In this document: piece after piece, positions 12,794 through 22,886 of the stretch
How positions within the stretch are numbered: the first letter of the stretch is position 1
Layout of the letters: every line of letters begins with the position of its first letter
NCBI RefSeq assembly: GCF_000315625.1
Contig: NW_005434561.1
Span: 124,001-188,000 of the forward strand
Direction: 5' to 3'
DNA length: 64,000 nucleotides
DNA from: Guillardia theta CCMP2712
Lineage: Eukaryota > Protista > Cryptophyta
The notes under the pieces: generated by a model
Told to the model about the DNA's origin: nothing
What the model saw: the letters and a program-made list of their open reading frames with translations, nothing else
The model's database searches: none
Translations under genes and position numbers: made by a program

Positions 12794-13813
12794 TATTTGC
12801 TTCGTGACCATTCATGACCAATTTGACAAATATTGAACAATTTGTCAGTAAAAGTTCAGAATTTTACAGCTCAACTTGAACAAATTTGTCATAATTGTTC
12901 AGCAAATTTACCCCATATTTGTCAGAGCCTAGCACACTACCGGGAATACATCATTCATATGATGACCTCCCCCAATATCTAGCTATATGTCCGTAGAACC
13001 TCTATGAATAGATGTGGCCCGGGGAGATGGAGAGCTCATGCCGCTGTGCGATGTCGTCGTGACCATTCGTGACCAAAAGGAACAAATAGGGGCTTATTTG
13101 TCAGCTCTTACAATGGTCTGAATAAATGCTTTCGTGACCATTCGTGACCAAAATGAACAAATAGGGGCTTATTTGTCAGCTCTTACAATGGTCTGAATAA
13201 ATGCTTTCGTGACCATTCGTGACCAAAAGGAACAAATAGGGGCTTATTTGTCAGCCCTCTAAATGTCCGAAGAAGCAATGTATAAAACACAATATACACG
13301 TGGGGTGAGGGGGTAAAAAATATAACACACCGTATGTAATCAATATAAGGGCCTTTCTAAGAGGCGCAACTACTAACATGTGAGCATCCTATGATGTTTT
13401 TATTAAATAGTCACCCAACTAAGTTGGGTGGTCAATTGACCACCCCCTTTGAGCTACTAAGTGATTGACGCAAACTTCCGATTAACCTTTTAACGCTCAC
13501 ACATACCCCTTTGAGCTACTAAGTCATTTATTTCTTCAACATTGTTTGATTGTTTAGTAGTGAATGAACTAAGGATAAGGGGGGTCAAGGATAAGGGGGG
13601 GTATTTGGTAAGTGTTTGGACCTTTTGTGATGGATTTGTAAAATACTTTTCAAAACCCCCCCTTATCTTTCACCCCCCTTATCCTTGGTTGTTTTATTAC
13701 TATCTTTTTTTTCAAGAGGGAAAAAACATATTCAATAGAGGATAATAGCATCATCTCCCTCAGGCATCATCTCCCTCCTCTTCATCCAACGAACCATACT
13801 CTATCTCTTGCCT
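12791..13813 (+). repeat. Left terminal inverted repeat of PLV
   Basis: GAGTATTTGCTTCGTGACC...CTATCTCTTGCCT is the reverse complement of 34554-35665, apart from internal repeat copy-number differences. Confidence 0.95.
13058..13257. repeat. ~75-bp tandem repeats inside left TIR (CGTGACCATTCGTGACCAAAAGGAACAAATAGGGGCTTATTTGTCAGC...)
   Basis: About 2.7 copies at left; four core copies in a different mosaic order in the right TIR (35105-35412). Confidence 0.9.
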
Positions 13814-13905
13814 AAATTTTATATCTCCTTACCACCCAAAAGACCTAGCGCCGTCGGGGGGGCGCACCCCCCGGAATTTTATATCTCCTTACCATAGAAC
13901 TACAT

Positions 13906-14139
13906 ATGGCAAGTGACAACCGAGTCCGTGGTGAGTACCGAGATTATATGGCCTTCCTTAGGACTTTCACAGACCGAGTGTTCAGAAACAAGTTTCTCGT
14001 TCAGCAGCTACTCCAAGAACAAATCATAACAGAAGAGGAACTCCAATTTTATGAGAGCTCGCGCTTCACAGCAAAACAAAGGAAGAACAAGGGCTTGATT
14101 CAAGTCCATAGAAGAGACACTAGGCTATTCTTTGACTAA
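13906..14139 (+). CDS. PLV small hypothetical protein
   Basis: 77-aa ATG ORF directly inside the TIR and co-oriented with the structural gene block. Confidence 0.55.
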   Translation: MASDNRVRGEYRDYMAFLRTFTDRVFRNKFLVQQLLQEQIITEEELQFYESSRFTAKQRKNKGLIQVHRRDTRLFFD

Positions 14140-14163
14140 GAATATATCATATATACTATAAAT

Positions 14164-17100
14164 ATGAGCTGGGTAGCCAGCTTAGGGGTGGATAGGGTCG
14201 AGAATGAAATAGAAGACCTTCTATATAGACTCAATCAGCTTGAAGCTAGGCTTAATAACTATCTCCTTATCAATGACCTGCCATCATATGATACTCAATT
14301 CCAAACGATAGACTCAGATATATCCATCAACAGGGGCGCTATCAACCAGCTGTTGGACTTAATCAATATCGAGGGAACCTCGAACACTGTCTTGTATAGC
14401 AGCAATCAGGACCTCATAATATTGGATTACAGCTCTAACACCGATATATATAACATTCATCTAAGAAAGCAAGATGGCTCATATGTGCTGCTTCAAGATG
14501 TCATTGATACCATCAACTTAAACATAGAAGATATTGAAAACCTCACCCAGAACGTCGAGGACATAAGCAATGGCCAAACAACACAAGCACTCCAAGATGT
14601 CGGTTCAACTCTCAATGATGGCGTCGATATATTGAGTGGGTTCGGCGATATAGTAAAGGGCGGCCTTGCTATTGGGACAGGTTTCATAGGTGGCCTTATA
14701 TCATCCGCGACCTCGACCTCCAAGGCTGACGGCCTGTTCATCTTGTCTTGGATTAATGTTCTTCGAATGGCTGTCGGTATCATCATCGGGGTTTTAGAAA
14801 GAGAGGTTCTCAATACAATGAAGCAGGATAAGGTCATTCGGATTTACTCACGGACACAAGACGGTAATAAGCTTAATTTCATCGAAGGCGAGGCATACAT
14901 ATATAGCAATATATATAAGACCATCACTATCGATGGCCAAGAACAACAGGTGCTGGACACAAGGAACATCATATTCCAGGGCGAGGAGGTTCTCACTCTT
15001 GGCCAAGAGTTAGATGTGAATGAACTAGACCTATATGTTTTTAATTCGAATGCGGATAGTGGCCTAGCACCATATCGAACAATACTTAAAGGGGAAACAC
15101 TGTTCCTGGACAGGGTTTATTTCAACAACAACACCTTCTATTCTAGTTATGACACATCGAATTATCTTGTGACAAATGGTTATATCACATCTAATGAGGT
15201 CGTTGATATCTTGGGGTCTTATTACACATCAAACGAAGTCAATAACATCCTGGGGTCTTATTACACATCTAATGAGGTCAATAACATCCTGGGGTCTTAT
15301 TACACATCTAATGAGGTCGATGACATCCTGAGGTCTTATTACACATCTAATGAGGTCAATGACATCCTGGGGTCTTATTACACATCTAATGAGGTCGATG
15401 ACATCCTGAGGTCTTATTACACATCTAATGAGGTCGATGAATTGTTCTTACAGTACGAGGCAAGTAACGCTATATTGACAAGCAACTATATATATCAGCA
15501 AAGCATAGGCACCTTGTCCGGACTGCTTCAAGATGTTGATTATACCGCTGTCGGTTACCCCTTTTGGAATGACTCCGGACAGTGGGAGATATTGCCTAAC
15601 TATTGGATTGAGAACAGCGGCCGAATGATACTATATGCCAATAGCGCGAATGAGTTAATGATAGATACAACCTCTACTAATCTTTTAAAGATTGGGCACG
15701 TTATCAATGACGCGACGACCGTCTCCTTGGAATCAAGAGGGAACGCTCAGGTCGTGATAGACAGCAATGACAACAGCACAACCGCAACTTTCAAGATATT
15801 GAACAACAGCTCAACAAACAGTTCATACCTGTTCCGAGTCAATGAGGATGGAGACACCGATATATCGCGTGACTGCTATGTTACAGGCAATATCTACGGA
15901 AGCAACATCAGACTCTCGAATGATATATCGGCCAACACTGGAACAATCGACACAGCATATGTGAATGGCAATATCTACGGAAGCAACATCAGACTCTCGA
16001 ATGACATATCGGCCAACACTGGAACAATCGACACAGCATATGTGAATGGCAATCTATACACAAGCAACATTGAGGTTTCAAATTCTCTAAAACTGAGTGA
16101 CAAGGTCGCAATCGATACCAATAGAATCGATATCAAATACCCATATAGCAATTACTTGAAAGGAGATGTGTTCCTTGGCCCTTCAAAATCTACAGAGGTA
16201 ATCAATGAGCTGAACACAAGCTACACAAACATCCAATTTTTTGGCACTATATATGACACATTCACGGTGTCAAGTTTTTATCGTATGAATTGCGACAGCA
16301 GCCAGAAAATTATTTTGGATGACCTGGTCTTTGGTCAATACATTAATCTTGCTTGGTGGTTCAGATTTGACAACTTCGACGAGAACGATGGAGGTAACAC
16401 TGAATATCGCTTATTCCAAATCAAATATCGAAAGAAGAGCCTGGACCCGCTTTATAATCTTGACCCATACTATGATGGCACAGAGCTATATTACAACGTT
16501 TTTAGAACACCAGCCGGTGTTTTATATGAGCTTCAAATCATTGTAAAGATTGTGTATATCGACACTACACACAATAGGGTTGAAAACTGGTATTCTTTCG
16601 TTATCAACAACACACTTGATGTGTCAGCTGGCAAGTTCCAAGACTGGAACCATTACGCTGTAAGCCTTACAAAGGATTCCTTTAAGTGCTATCTGAACGG
16701 CGATATAGTATATAACAACACCAACCCGCCAACAACAGACTGGCTCCAATTGTACCCCCCTGTCTTGTCTGATTACAATGTAAGGTGCTATTTCCTTCTA
16801 GATGGCAGGTATAGCCTCGATAGAGGCATAGCTGGAATTCTGTTCAACGCAACTAATGGGGTATGGTCTGATGCCGATGTGAAGGCAATCTATGGCGGCT
16901 CAATCGAAAATTTGAAGACACACATCGAGGGAGGCCTATACGTCGATTATATGATGTGTGAGACGATGCTGTATAAAGGGGCATATATCAATATCAATAA
17001 CCAGAGCGTGAGCACGACAGACACTGTTACAGTAAGCAACTCGGTTAAAAGGAGCCTCACCATAAATGGTTCAGCAGCTAAGACTAATATAACTGACCTG

Positions 17101-20100
17101 TATGATGCAAACGATAGCATAGGAGTATTGAGGACTTACGATAATGCCGGAACTGTTGATTTCAAGATTGAACCATTTCAACTCAATTTCAAGAACACAA
17201 AAGATGGCGATGTTACGATAACATTTGATAATTACAATAGCAAAAATATCACTTTGCCCGATGGTATCAAGGGAGATAAGGGGGATACTGGGGCAACAGG
17301 GGCCACAGGAGCAACAGGGGCCACAGGACCACAAGGAGCCACTGGGGCAGCAGGCACAAATTGCCCGCAGATTATACTTCAAGATAGCTTTAATACTGAG
17401 CTTGTGAGGTTTGGAGATGCGAACGTATCAAGCACAACCGTGATATTGCCAAAGCTATACAGCGATACAGACACAAGCAACTATCTATATAACAATGAAT
17501 ACATTCAACGGGCTGAGCTATTGGATACATCTAATCTATTGTATGAGCAAATACCGTCATCCTTTGACTATAACACTCAGATAACAGGAGCTCCAACACT
17601 GGCAACTGTGGCCACAAGCGGCCTATACTCTGACCTATCAGGGTATCAGTATGACCTTACGAACAATGCCTCAACTGATTTTAATTCTAAATCTGGCACT
17701 TGGACGGCAAACAGCACAAGCACAAGATGGTCCGCAACTTACCATATCGGAGATTTAGGATATATATACACAAACACTTATGGTTTGGATACATCAGCAT
17801 CAGAGTACATCATATACGATGTGCCAGCTGGAAAATCTCATATGTTTATAAACCATCTATGTTGGAATAATTGTGGGTATTTCGATGTGTATGGCCTGTA
17901 TGGCAGCACTTGGTTATTCATCACAAGAATAAATAATTATCACAAATATTCTGGTTATGTTGATCCAGAGTTTGATGGTGTCACTGTTGCCCAGATTGGG
18001 GGCGTAAATCGATTTACTCAAATAAAGATACAGGCACGCAAGGGCCGGATCCATCTTATGGGCATAGGATGGAGTGAGTTACAGAATGGGCCAACAACAG
18101 GAGCAGAAGGATGCGGGTTCATCCACTGGGACAATGTGGTATCTGCTCCGGCATTCATAACCTCTACAGGTCAATACATTCAGAGTATCACGAGTGATTT
18201 TGTTAGAAGTGGCACAGAGCTACAACTCGCATCTGGTGTAAAGACACAATGGACCACATCTGGAACATCCATATATTACAACAGCGGAAACATTGGGATA
18301 AACCAGAGCGCACCATCTGAAAAACTCGACGTTGTAGGCAACATCAAATATTCTGGTTACGTATATAAAAATTCAAAATGGTTATCAACGCCTTATGCGT
18401 CATTGCCTGCTTGGATAAAGATTGGGACATACAATAATCGCGCTTTCTCCAAATTTCAGATAAACATTGCAGGGGGTGGCAGGCACGACTTTATTGAGTT
18501 TGAGTTGTATATGAATTATGGCACCATATCTAATCCAAAGGAACAACTTAAGGTGTTTTCTTCAACTGCTCACAGCAACAAATTTACAAGTATATTGATT
18601 GAGAATTACAACGCTTATTATTCTACTACAAGGACAATATGGGTATATTACAATGGCACAGCATCAAATAACGCAGCATACGATGGTGCTATTGCTACAA
18701 GGGAGTGGATGAACCATTACAGCAGTAGTTTTTCATTAACTGATATTGAGCTTACAACAACGAAACCAACAGGCACAGAGTTTTTGATAAATGACAATGA
18801 AGAGCTATGGATAGGCTTCGACTTCAACTTTACTGGGACACTGACAGGCGGTACAGTGCCAGCTGCGAGAGTGACAGGACTTGGGACCGTAGCCACTACA
18901 AACGATTACAATGACCTTGATAATCTCCCTGATATCATAAACAGTCAATGGGCAACATCTGGAACATCTATATATTACAACAGCGGAAACGTTGGGATTG
19001 GGACGACTAATCCATCTCACAAGCTCGATGTTGTTGGTGATATAAATAGCACCTCCCACATGACATGCGGAGGGGTCCTTACATCACTCGGAGGATGTAA
19101 GCTGTCCATACAAGATAGTCAAGATGGAGGCACAGGAAGGGGAATATATATGTGGAATGATACGGATACAAACTGGGCAATTTATATGGGACAGTCTGGG
19201 GCATCTAAGGCGATTAATGGCGGCACGGCAGTGGCAGGGAACGACTTCACATCACACGCTATCAGATTTAGGGTGGCTGATGGTGCTACAACAGGTTTTA
19301 TATTTGAAAACCATAATAACGAACTCTTAGCATCTTTGAGGGGGTCAGATGGTAACTTCTATGTGAAAGGTATAGTAACAGCAGCTGGATTTAGTGGGAT
19401 AACGGAGGCAAATGTTCCAAATCTAAACGCTAGTAAGATAACAGCGGGGACATTGAATAAAGACAGGCTCCCTTCTAGTATTGGAGATAGTACAGACTCT
19501 AGGGGAAAATTTACAATTAATTTAACGAGCACAGCAACATACGCCGCAAACGCAGATATTGGAGATGGCAATAGATGTCTTACTGTACAAAATCCGACAA
19601 CCTCTACAACAAATGGGCTTTATACAGCACTTCATTTACAAGTAGGCCCAACTACCACAGCCCGCGCAATGTGTGACATCAAATATATCAGGAACAATGG
19701 GAAAGAAGGCAAATTATGCTTTACCATTACAGATACAAGCGGTAACCGTAAAGACATTATGACGATGATAGGAGGAGGAACAACTACCATAAACGGAGAT
19801 TTATCATTTACTGGAAGTCTGACGGGGGGTACTGTACCAGTAGCACGGATAACAGGCTTAGGAACCGTAGCCACTACAAACGATTACAATGACCTTGATA
19901 ATCTCCCTGATATCATAAACAGCCAATGGACCACAAGCGGGACATCATTATATTACAATACTGGTAATGTCGGGATAAACAAGGCATCACCATCTTATAC
20001 ACTGGATGTTGGCGGTGTGATTAGAACAAACAATAAGATAGCTGTCGTAAATGATGCGTTATGGGACCATTTACAGTTATGGCACAATGGCTCAACAGGT

Positions 20101-21987
20101 TACCTTGACTTTGGGGGTGCTGAGAGTGGATTTAAGATAAGATTGAACACTAGCGGCTCCACATTTCCAGCGTCTTCATATTCTGATGCTATCTCTTGCG
20201 ATGGCAGTCGGAACATAACATTGAGTGGTGCTAATTTGGCAATTAGTAACAAGCATGCGTTCAGAGGCAATGATAGTTGGTTAAGGCTTAACCAAGATGG
20301 AGCATTCACAAGCGGCACATACACGCCAAATAAGTTTAGGTGTGACGGGGGGATATTCTTAAACGGTGATACCTGTCGTTTGGAGTATCCAACTGGTGAA
20401 TATGGTAGCTGTCAAATAACAGGCAGCGGTAATAACAATTGGGAGGGCTATTCAATCGATGGGCGGGTTGTGTTCATGGCTGATGGCGGGAGTTCATGGG
20501 GGTTATACAACGACGTAAATAACCATTGGATGATATATGGACTTTTGAACAACTATGTAGAGTTGCGATATGCCAACACGACAAGGTTTCAAACAACAAG
20601 CGACGGCGCGAGTGTGTCAGGCAATCTCTCAACTAGTGGCAACCTTTCAGTTGGCGGGACAATTTCAGGAACTGGTGTGAGCCGTTTGTTTAACTTAATG
20701 GGAAACAATCACGGAAGTTACACAGACTTTAACGCTATCCCTGATTTTGGAAATTGGTTTATTACTAGCACAACAAACGGACCCAGTGTCAATGGGGCTA
20801 ATCAATATTATAGTTGGAACATAGGACTTGGAGCAAATTACCCTTGGAGCGGCGCGGGTTCATATGGTGCTCAGTTTGCTTTGCCTAGAGGGAATGTCAG
20901 TTTTAACAATCCTTATTTGTGTGTGAGATACAAGGAGAATAATTCTCTGTCAGGTTGGAAGAGAATAAGCGCAGGATATGCCGATACAGCTGGCTCATCA
21001 AGTGGCAATTTTACAGTAAATGGAAGCGTTTTTATTTCAGGGACTGAAATCTTACAAAGCGATAGCAGTTGGACAAGGCTCTATGGTAGGGCTAATGGTT
21101 GTGCTATATATAAGGGAATTTCTATGGCTGACCAAGGATATCTCAATGTTGGGAGCTGGGAAAGAATACCGGATAACACTGTTAAATGCGTAACCCTGAA
21201 TACTGACCGTATAAATATACCTAGAGCAAGTGGTCCATACAATGACGATGGACGCTGGAAGATTTATATGCTTGGCGGTAGTACTCCTTGGGGAGGAGTG
21301 TCAGCGCAGTACGACCTTATGTTTCAGTATGGAACATCAGATAATTATGGCGAACAATGGCTGAGGCACAACGACGATGGGAACGACGACCTCGATTTCA
21401 CCGGCTCGCATAGGTGTATAGCTGAAACATCGAACCTGCTAGATGATATAACATCAAACATTGATTACTATCAGGGCATGCTTGTTAGCACTACAGGATA
21501 TTATCAAGACCTCAACAGAATTGATAATGAGTTTAGTTCAAACATAAGGATTGACAGCTCTCTACCAGTCATAAAGATGACTGATTTAGCTATGGACAAG
21601 GCCGTTTATGGGGTTATATCAAACGTTGAAGAGGGAGATAAGAGAGTTTATAAGACCGGCAATTGGCATTATGCCTATAAGAAGCTAGATGGCAACCGGT
21701 TGATGATTAACGCAGTGGGCGAGGGTGCGATATGGGTGACGAATTATAACAACATTCAAAAAATAGACAATGGCGATTATCTGTGCTCATCCCCTATAAG
21801 AGGGTATAGTATGGTCCAGAGCGATGACCTTCTACACAGTTACACGGTAGCGAAGACTAGCTGCCCAGTTGATTTTATTGATGAGAATTCAGACTGGTAT
21901 TATAAGAACTTTAAGCATCGATATGAGACCTATGAGGGCAATGAGTATATATGTGTGTTCATTGGTTGTACATATCACTCAGGTTAA
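14164..21987 (+). CDS. Giant modular fibre/receptor-binding protein with LamG-like lectin fold, collagen-like stretch and C-terminal autocleaving chaperone (peptidase G2-like) domain
   Basis: 2607-aa ORF; 13-aa YYTSNEVxxILGS repeats; WNHYAVSLTKDSFKCYLNG (LamG-like); G-X-Y run GDKGDTGATGATGATGATGPQG; three QWxTSGTSxYYNxGNxGI fibre joints; C-terminus FTGSH...GEGAIWV...GDYLCSS...HSYTVAK...IGCTYHSG. Confidence 0.8.
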   Translation: MSWVASLGVDRVENEIEDLLYRLNQLEARLNNYLLINDLPSYDTQFQTIDSDISINRGAINQLLDLINIEGTSNTVLYSSNQDLIILDYSSNTDIYNIHLRKQDGSYVLLQDVIDTINLNIEDIENLTQNVEDISNGQTTQALQDVGSTLNDGVDILSGFGDIVKGGLAIGTGFIGGLISSATSTSKADGLFILSWINVLRMAVGIIIGVLEREVLNTMKQDKVIRIYSRTQDGNKLNFIEGEAYIYSNIYKTITIDGQEQQVLDTRNIIFQGEEVLTLGQELDVNELDLYVFNSNADSGLAPYRTILKGETLFLDRVYFNNNTFYSSYDTSNYLVTNGYITSNEVVDILGSYYTSNEVNNILGSYYTSNEVNNILGSYYTSNEVDDILRSYYTSNEVNDILGSYYTSNEVDDILRSYYTSNEVDELFLQYEASNAILTSNYIYQQSIGTLSGLLQDVDYTAVGYPFWNDSGQWEILPNYWIENSGRMILYANSANELMIDTTSTNLLKIGHVINDATTVSLESRGNAQVVIDSNDNSTTATFKILNNSSTNSSYLFRVNEDGDTDISRDCYVTGNIYGSNIRLSNDISANTGTIDTAYVNGNIYGSNIRLSNDISANTGTIDTAYVNGNLYTSNIEVSNSLKLSDKVAIDTNRIDIKYPYSNYLKGDVFLGPSKSTEVINELNTSYTNIQFFGTIYDTFTVSSFYRMNCDSSQKIILDDLVFGQYINLAWWFRFDNFDENDGGNTEYRLFQIKYRKKSLDPLYNLDPYYDGTELYYNVFRTPAGVLYELQIIVKIVYIDTTHNRVENWYSFVINNTLDVSAGKFQDWNHYAVSLTKDSFKCYLNGDIVYNNTNPPTTDWLQLYPPVLSDYNVRCYFLLDGRYSLDRGIAGILFNATNGVWSDADVKAIYGGSIENLKTHIEGGLYVDYMMCETMLYKGAYININNQSVSTTDTVTVSNSVKRSLTINGSAAKTNITDLYDANDSIGVLRTYDNAGTVDFKIEPFQLNFKNTKDGDVTITFDNYNSKNITLPDGIKGDKGDTGATGATGATGATGPQGATGAAGTNCPQIILQDSFNTELVRFGDANVSSTTVILPKLYSDTDTSNYLYNNEYIQRAELLDTSNLLYEQIPSSFDYNTQITGAPTLATVATSGLYSDLSGYQYDLTNNASTDFNSKSGTWTANSTSTRWSATYHIGDLGYIYTNTYGLDTSASEYIIYDVPAGKSHMFINHLCWNNCGYFDVYGLYGSTWLFITRINNYHKYSGYVDPEFDGVTVAQIGGVNRFTQIKIQARKGRIHLMGIGWSELQNGPTTGAEGCGFIHWDNVVSAPAFITSTGQYIQSITSDFVRSGTELQLASGVKTQWTTSGTSIYYNSGNIGINQSAPSEKLDVVGNIKYSGYVYKNSKWLSTPYASLPAWIKIGTYNNRAFSKFQINIAGGGRHDFIEFELYMNYGTISNPKEQLKVFSSTAHSNKFTSILIENYNAYYSTTRTIWVYYNGTASNNAAYDGAIATREWMNHYSSSFSLTDIELTTTKPTGTEFLINDNEELWIGFDFNFTGTLTGGTVPAARVTGLGTVATTNDYNDLDNLPDIINSQWATSGTSIYYNSGNVGIGTTNPSHKLDVVGDINSTSHMTCGGVLTSLGGCKLSIQDSQDGGTGRGIYMWNDTDTNWAIYMGQSGASKAINGGTAVAGNDFTSHAIRFRVADGATTGFIFENHNNELLASLRGSDGNFYVKGIVTAAGFSGITEANVPNLNASKITAGTLNKDRLPSSIGDSTDSRGKFTINLTSTATYAANADIGDGNRCLTVQNPTTSTTNGLYTALHLQVGPTTTARAMCDIKYIRNNGKEGKLCFTITDTSGNRKDIMTMIGGGTTTINGDLSFTGSLTGGTVPVARITGLGTVATTNDYNDLDNLPDIINSQWTTSGTSLYYNTGNVGINKASPSYTLDVGGVIRTNNKIAVVNDALWDHLQLWHNGSTGYLDFGGAESGFKIRLNTSGSTFPASSYSDAISCDGSRNITLSGANLAISNKHAFRGNDSWLRLNQDGAFTSGTYTPNKFRCDGGIFLNGDTCRLEYPTGEYGSCQITGSGNNNWEGYSIDGRVVFMADGGSSWGLYNDVNNHWMIYGLLNNYVELRYANTTRFQTTSDGASVSGNLSTSGNLSVGGTISGTGVSRLFNLMGNNHGSYTDFNAIPDFGNWFITSTTNGPSVNGANQYYSWNIGLGANYPWSGAGSYGAQFALPRGNVSFNNPYLCVRYKENNSLSGWKRISAGYADTAGSSSGNFTVNGSVFISGTEILQSDSSWTRLYGRANGCAIYKGISMADQGYLNVGSWERIPDNTVKCVTLNTDRINIPRASGPYNDDGRWKIYMLGGSTPWGGVSAQYDLMFQYGTSDNYGEQWLRHNDDGNDDLDFTGSHRCIAETSNLLDDITSNIDYYQGMLVSTTGYYQDLNRIDNEFSSNIRIDSSLPVIKMTDLAMDKAVYGVISNVEEGDKRVYKTGNWHYAYKKLDGNRLMINAVGEGAIWVTNYNNIQKIDNGDYLCSSPIRGYSMVQSDDLLHSYTVAKTSCPVDFIDENSDWYYKNFKHRYETYEGNEYICVFIGCTYHSG
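15181..15441 (+). repeat. 39-bp coding tandem repeat (about 6.5 copies) in the fibre gene
   Basis: GGTCTTATTACACATCTAATGAGGTC(A/G)AT(A/G)ACATCCTG(G/A) units. Confidence 0.9.
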
Positions 21988-22071
21988 AATAATAATATAG
22001 CTGGGGGTTGCGCCCCCCAACGGCGCTGTTTTTTGGTTAAGCTTTTTTTAAAAGCTTACATCTTTATAAAG

Positions 22072-22836
22072 ATGACCGTAAAAGTCAGGAATAAGAGGAG
22101 CGGAGTGTCTGTGGAGGTTAATATCAAGAACGAGAACAATCAAGAAAGCAAGAACAAGTATGTCCCACACATCCCATCGTGGCAGGATGAGGGCCAAGCA
22201 CCACCCCCCCAGACACACATCCAGCATGTCATCCCATATTTCAATAAGAATTTTTCATTTGAACCTCAGTATAACAGCAAGAAATACGCAGACAGCACTA
22301 ACCCAATGATTCCAGATGGCAATAGCGAGATACCGCAATATATAGCAGCACCCAAACCAGCATCAGAAGAACCAGCACCACCAGCACCACCAGCATCTGG
22401 AGCAGCAGGAGCAGCAGGAGCAGCAGGAGCAGCACCACCAGAAGAACCAGCACCACCAGCACCACCAGCATCTGGAGCAGCAGGAGCAGCAGGAGCAGCA
22501 GGAGCAGCAGGAGCAGCAGGAGCAGCAGGAGCAGCACCTGAACAGGAACTTATTGAGCCGCTGGACTATTGGCCGCCGTCACTCGTCACTCGTTTTAATG
22601 AATCTTCACGACGAACGCAACAAAGGATGATTGAGACCAGCAATGAAAGATATAGAACACTCTCTAGGTCGTTATCAACTGGCGATAATCTTCTCAGCGC
22701 CAGGGCTATCACCGATAGTGGGCTATGGGCTATTATCCAGGAAATGCTCGACACAGAGTCTATCCCAAGCTCAGAGGCTGAACAGCATTATTCAACTCTC
22801 TTGAACAGAAGATTGAGAAGGAGGAATGAGATTTAG
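22072..22836 (+). CDS. PLV hypothetical protein with Pro/Ala/Gly repeats (possible virion core/cement protein)
   Basis: ATG at 22072 after TAAAG; duplicated EEPAPPAPPASGAAGAAG units; immediately upstream of MCP. Confidence 0.65.
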   Translation: MTVKVRNKRSGVSVEVNIKNENNQESKNKYVPHIPSWQDEGQAPPPQTHIQHVIPYFNKNFSFEPQYNSKKYADSTNPMIPDGNSEIPQYIAAPKPASEEPAPPAPPASGAAGAAGAAGAAPPEEPAPPAPPASGAAGAAGAAGAAGAAGAAGAAPEQELIEPLDYWPPSLVTRFNESSRRTQQRMIETSNERYRTLSRSLSTGDNLLSARAITDSGLWAIIQEMLDTESIPSSEAEQHYSTLLNRRLRRRNEI

Positions 22837-22886
22837 GCTGTTGATTCTGGAATCAAATTTTTTTTTTTGTGAAGCTATCTTAAAAG

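Noticed and set aside
13058-13257. CRISPR-like appearance of regularly spaced repeats in the TIR
   Set aside because: Intervening sequences are themselves repeated rather than unique spacers; no cas genes; eukaryotic viral context
13542-13745. Identical 67-aa ORF in both TIRs (also 34638-34841)
   Set aside because: Non-ATG start, lies over the palindromic G/C-tract module, and its duplication is explained by the TIR
18870-19950. Diversity-generating retroelement (TR/VR pair) in the fibre
   Set aside because: Both repeats are in-frame coding joints without adenine-specific mismatches, and no reverse transcriptase is present
22298-22537. Poly-Leu ORF here and at 63006-63365, and other low-complexity ORFs
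   Set aside because: Antisense translations of simple repeats
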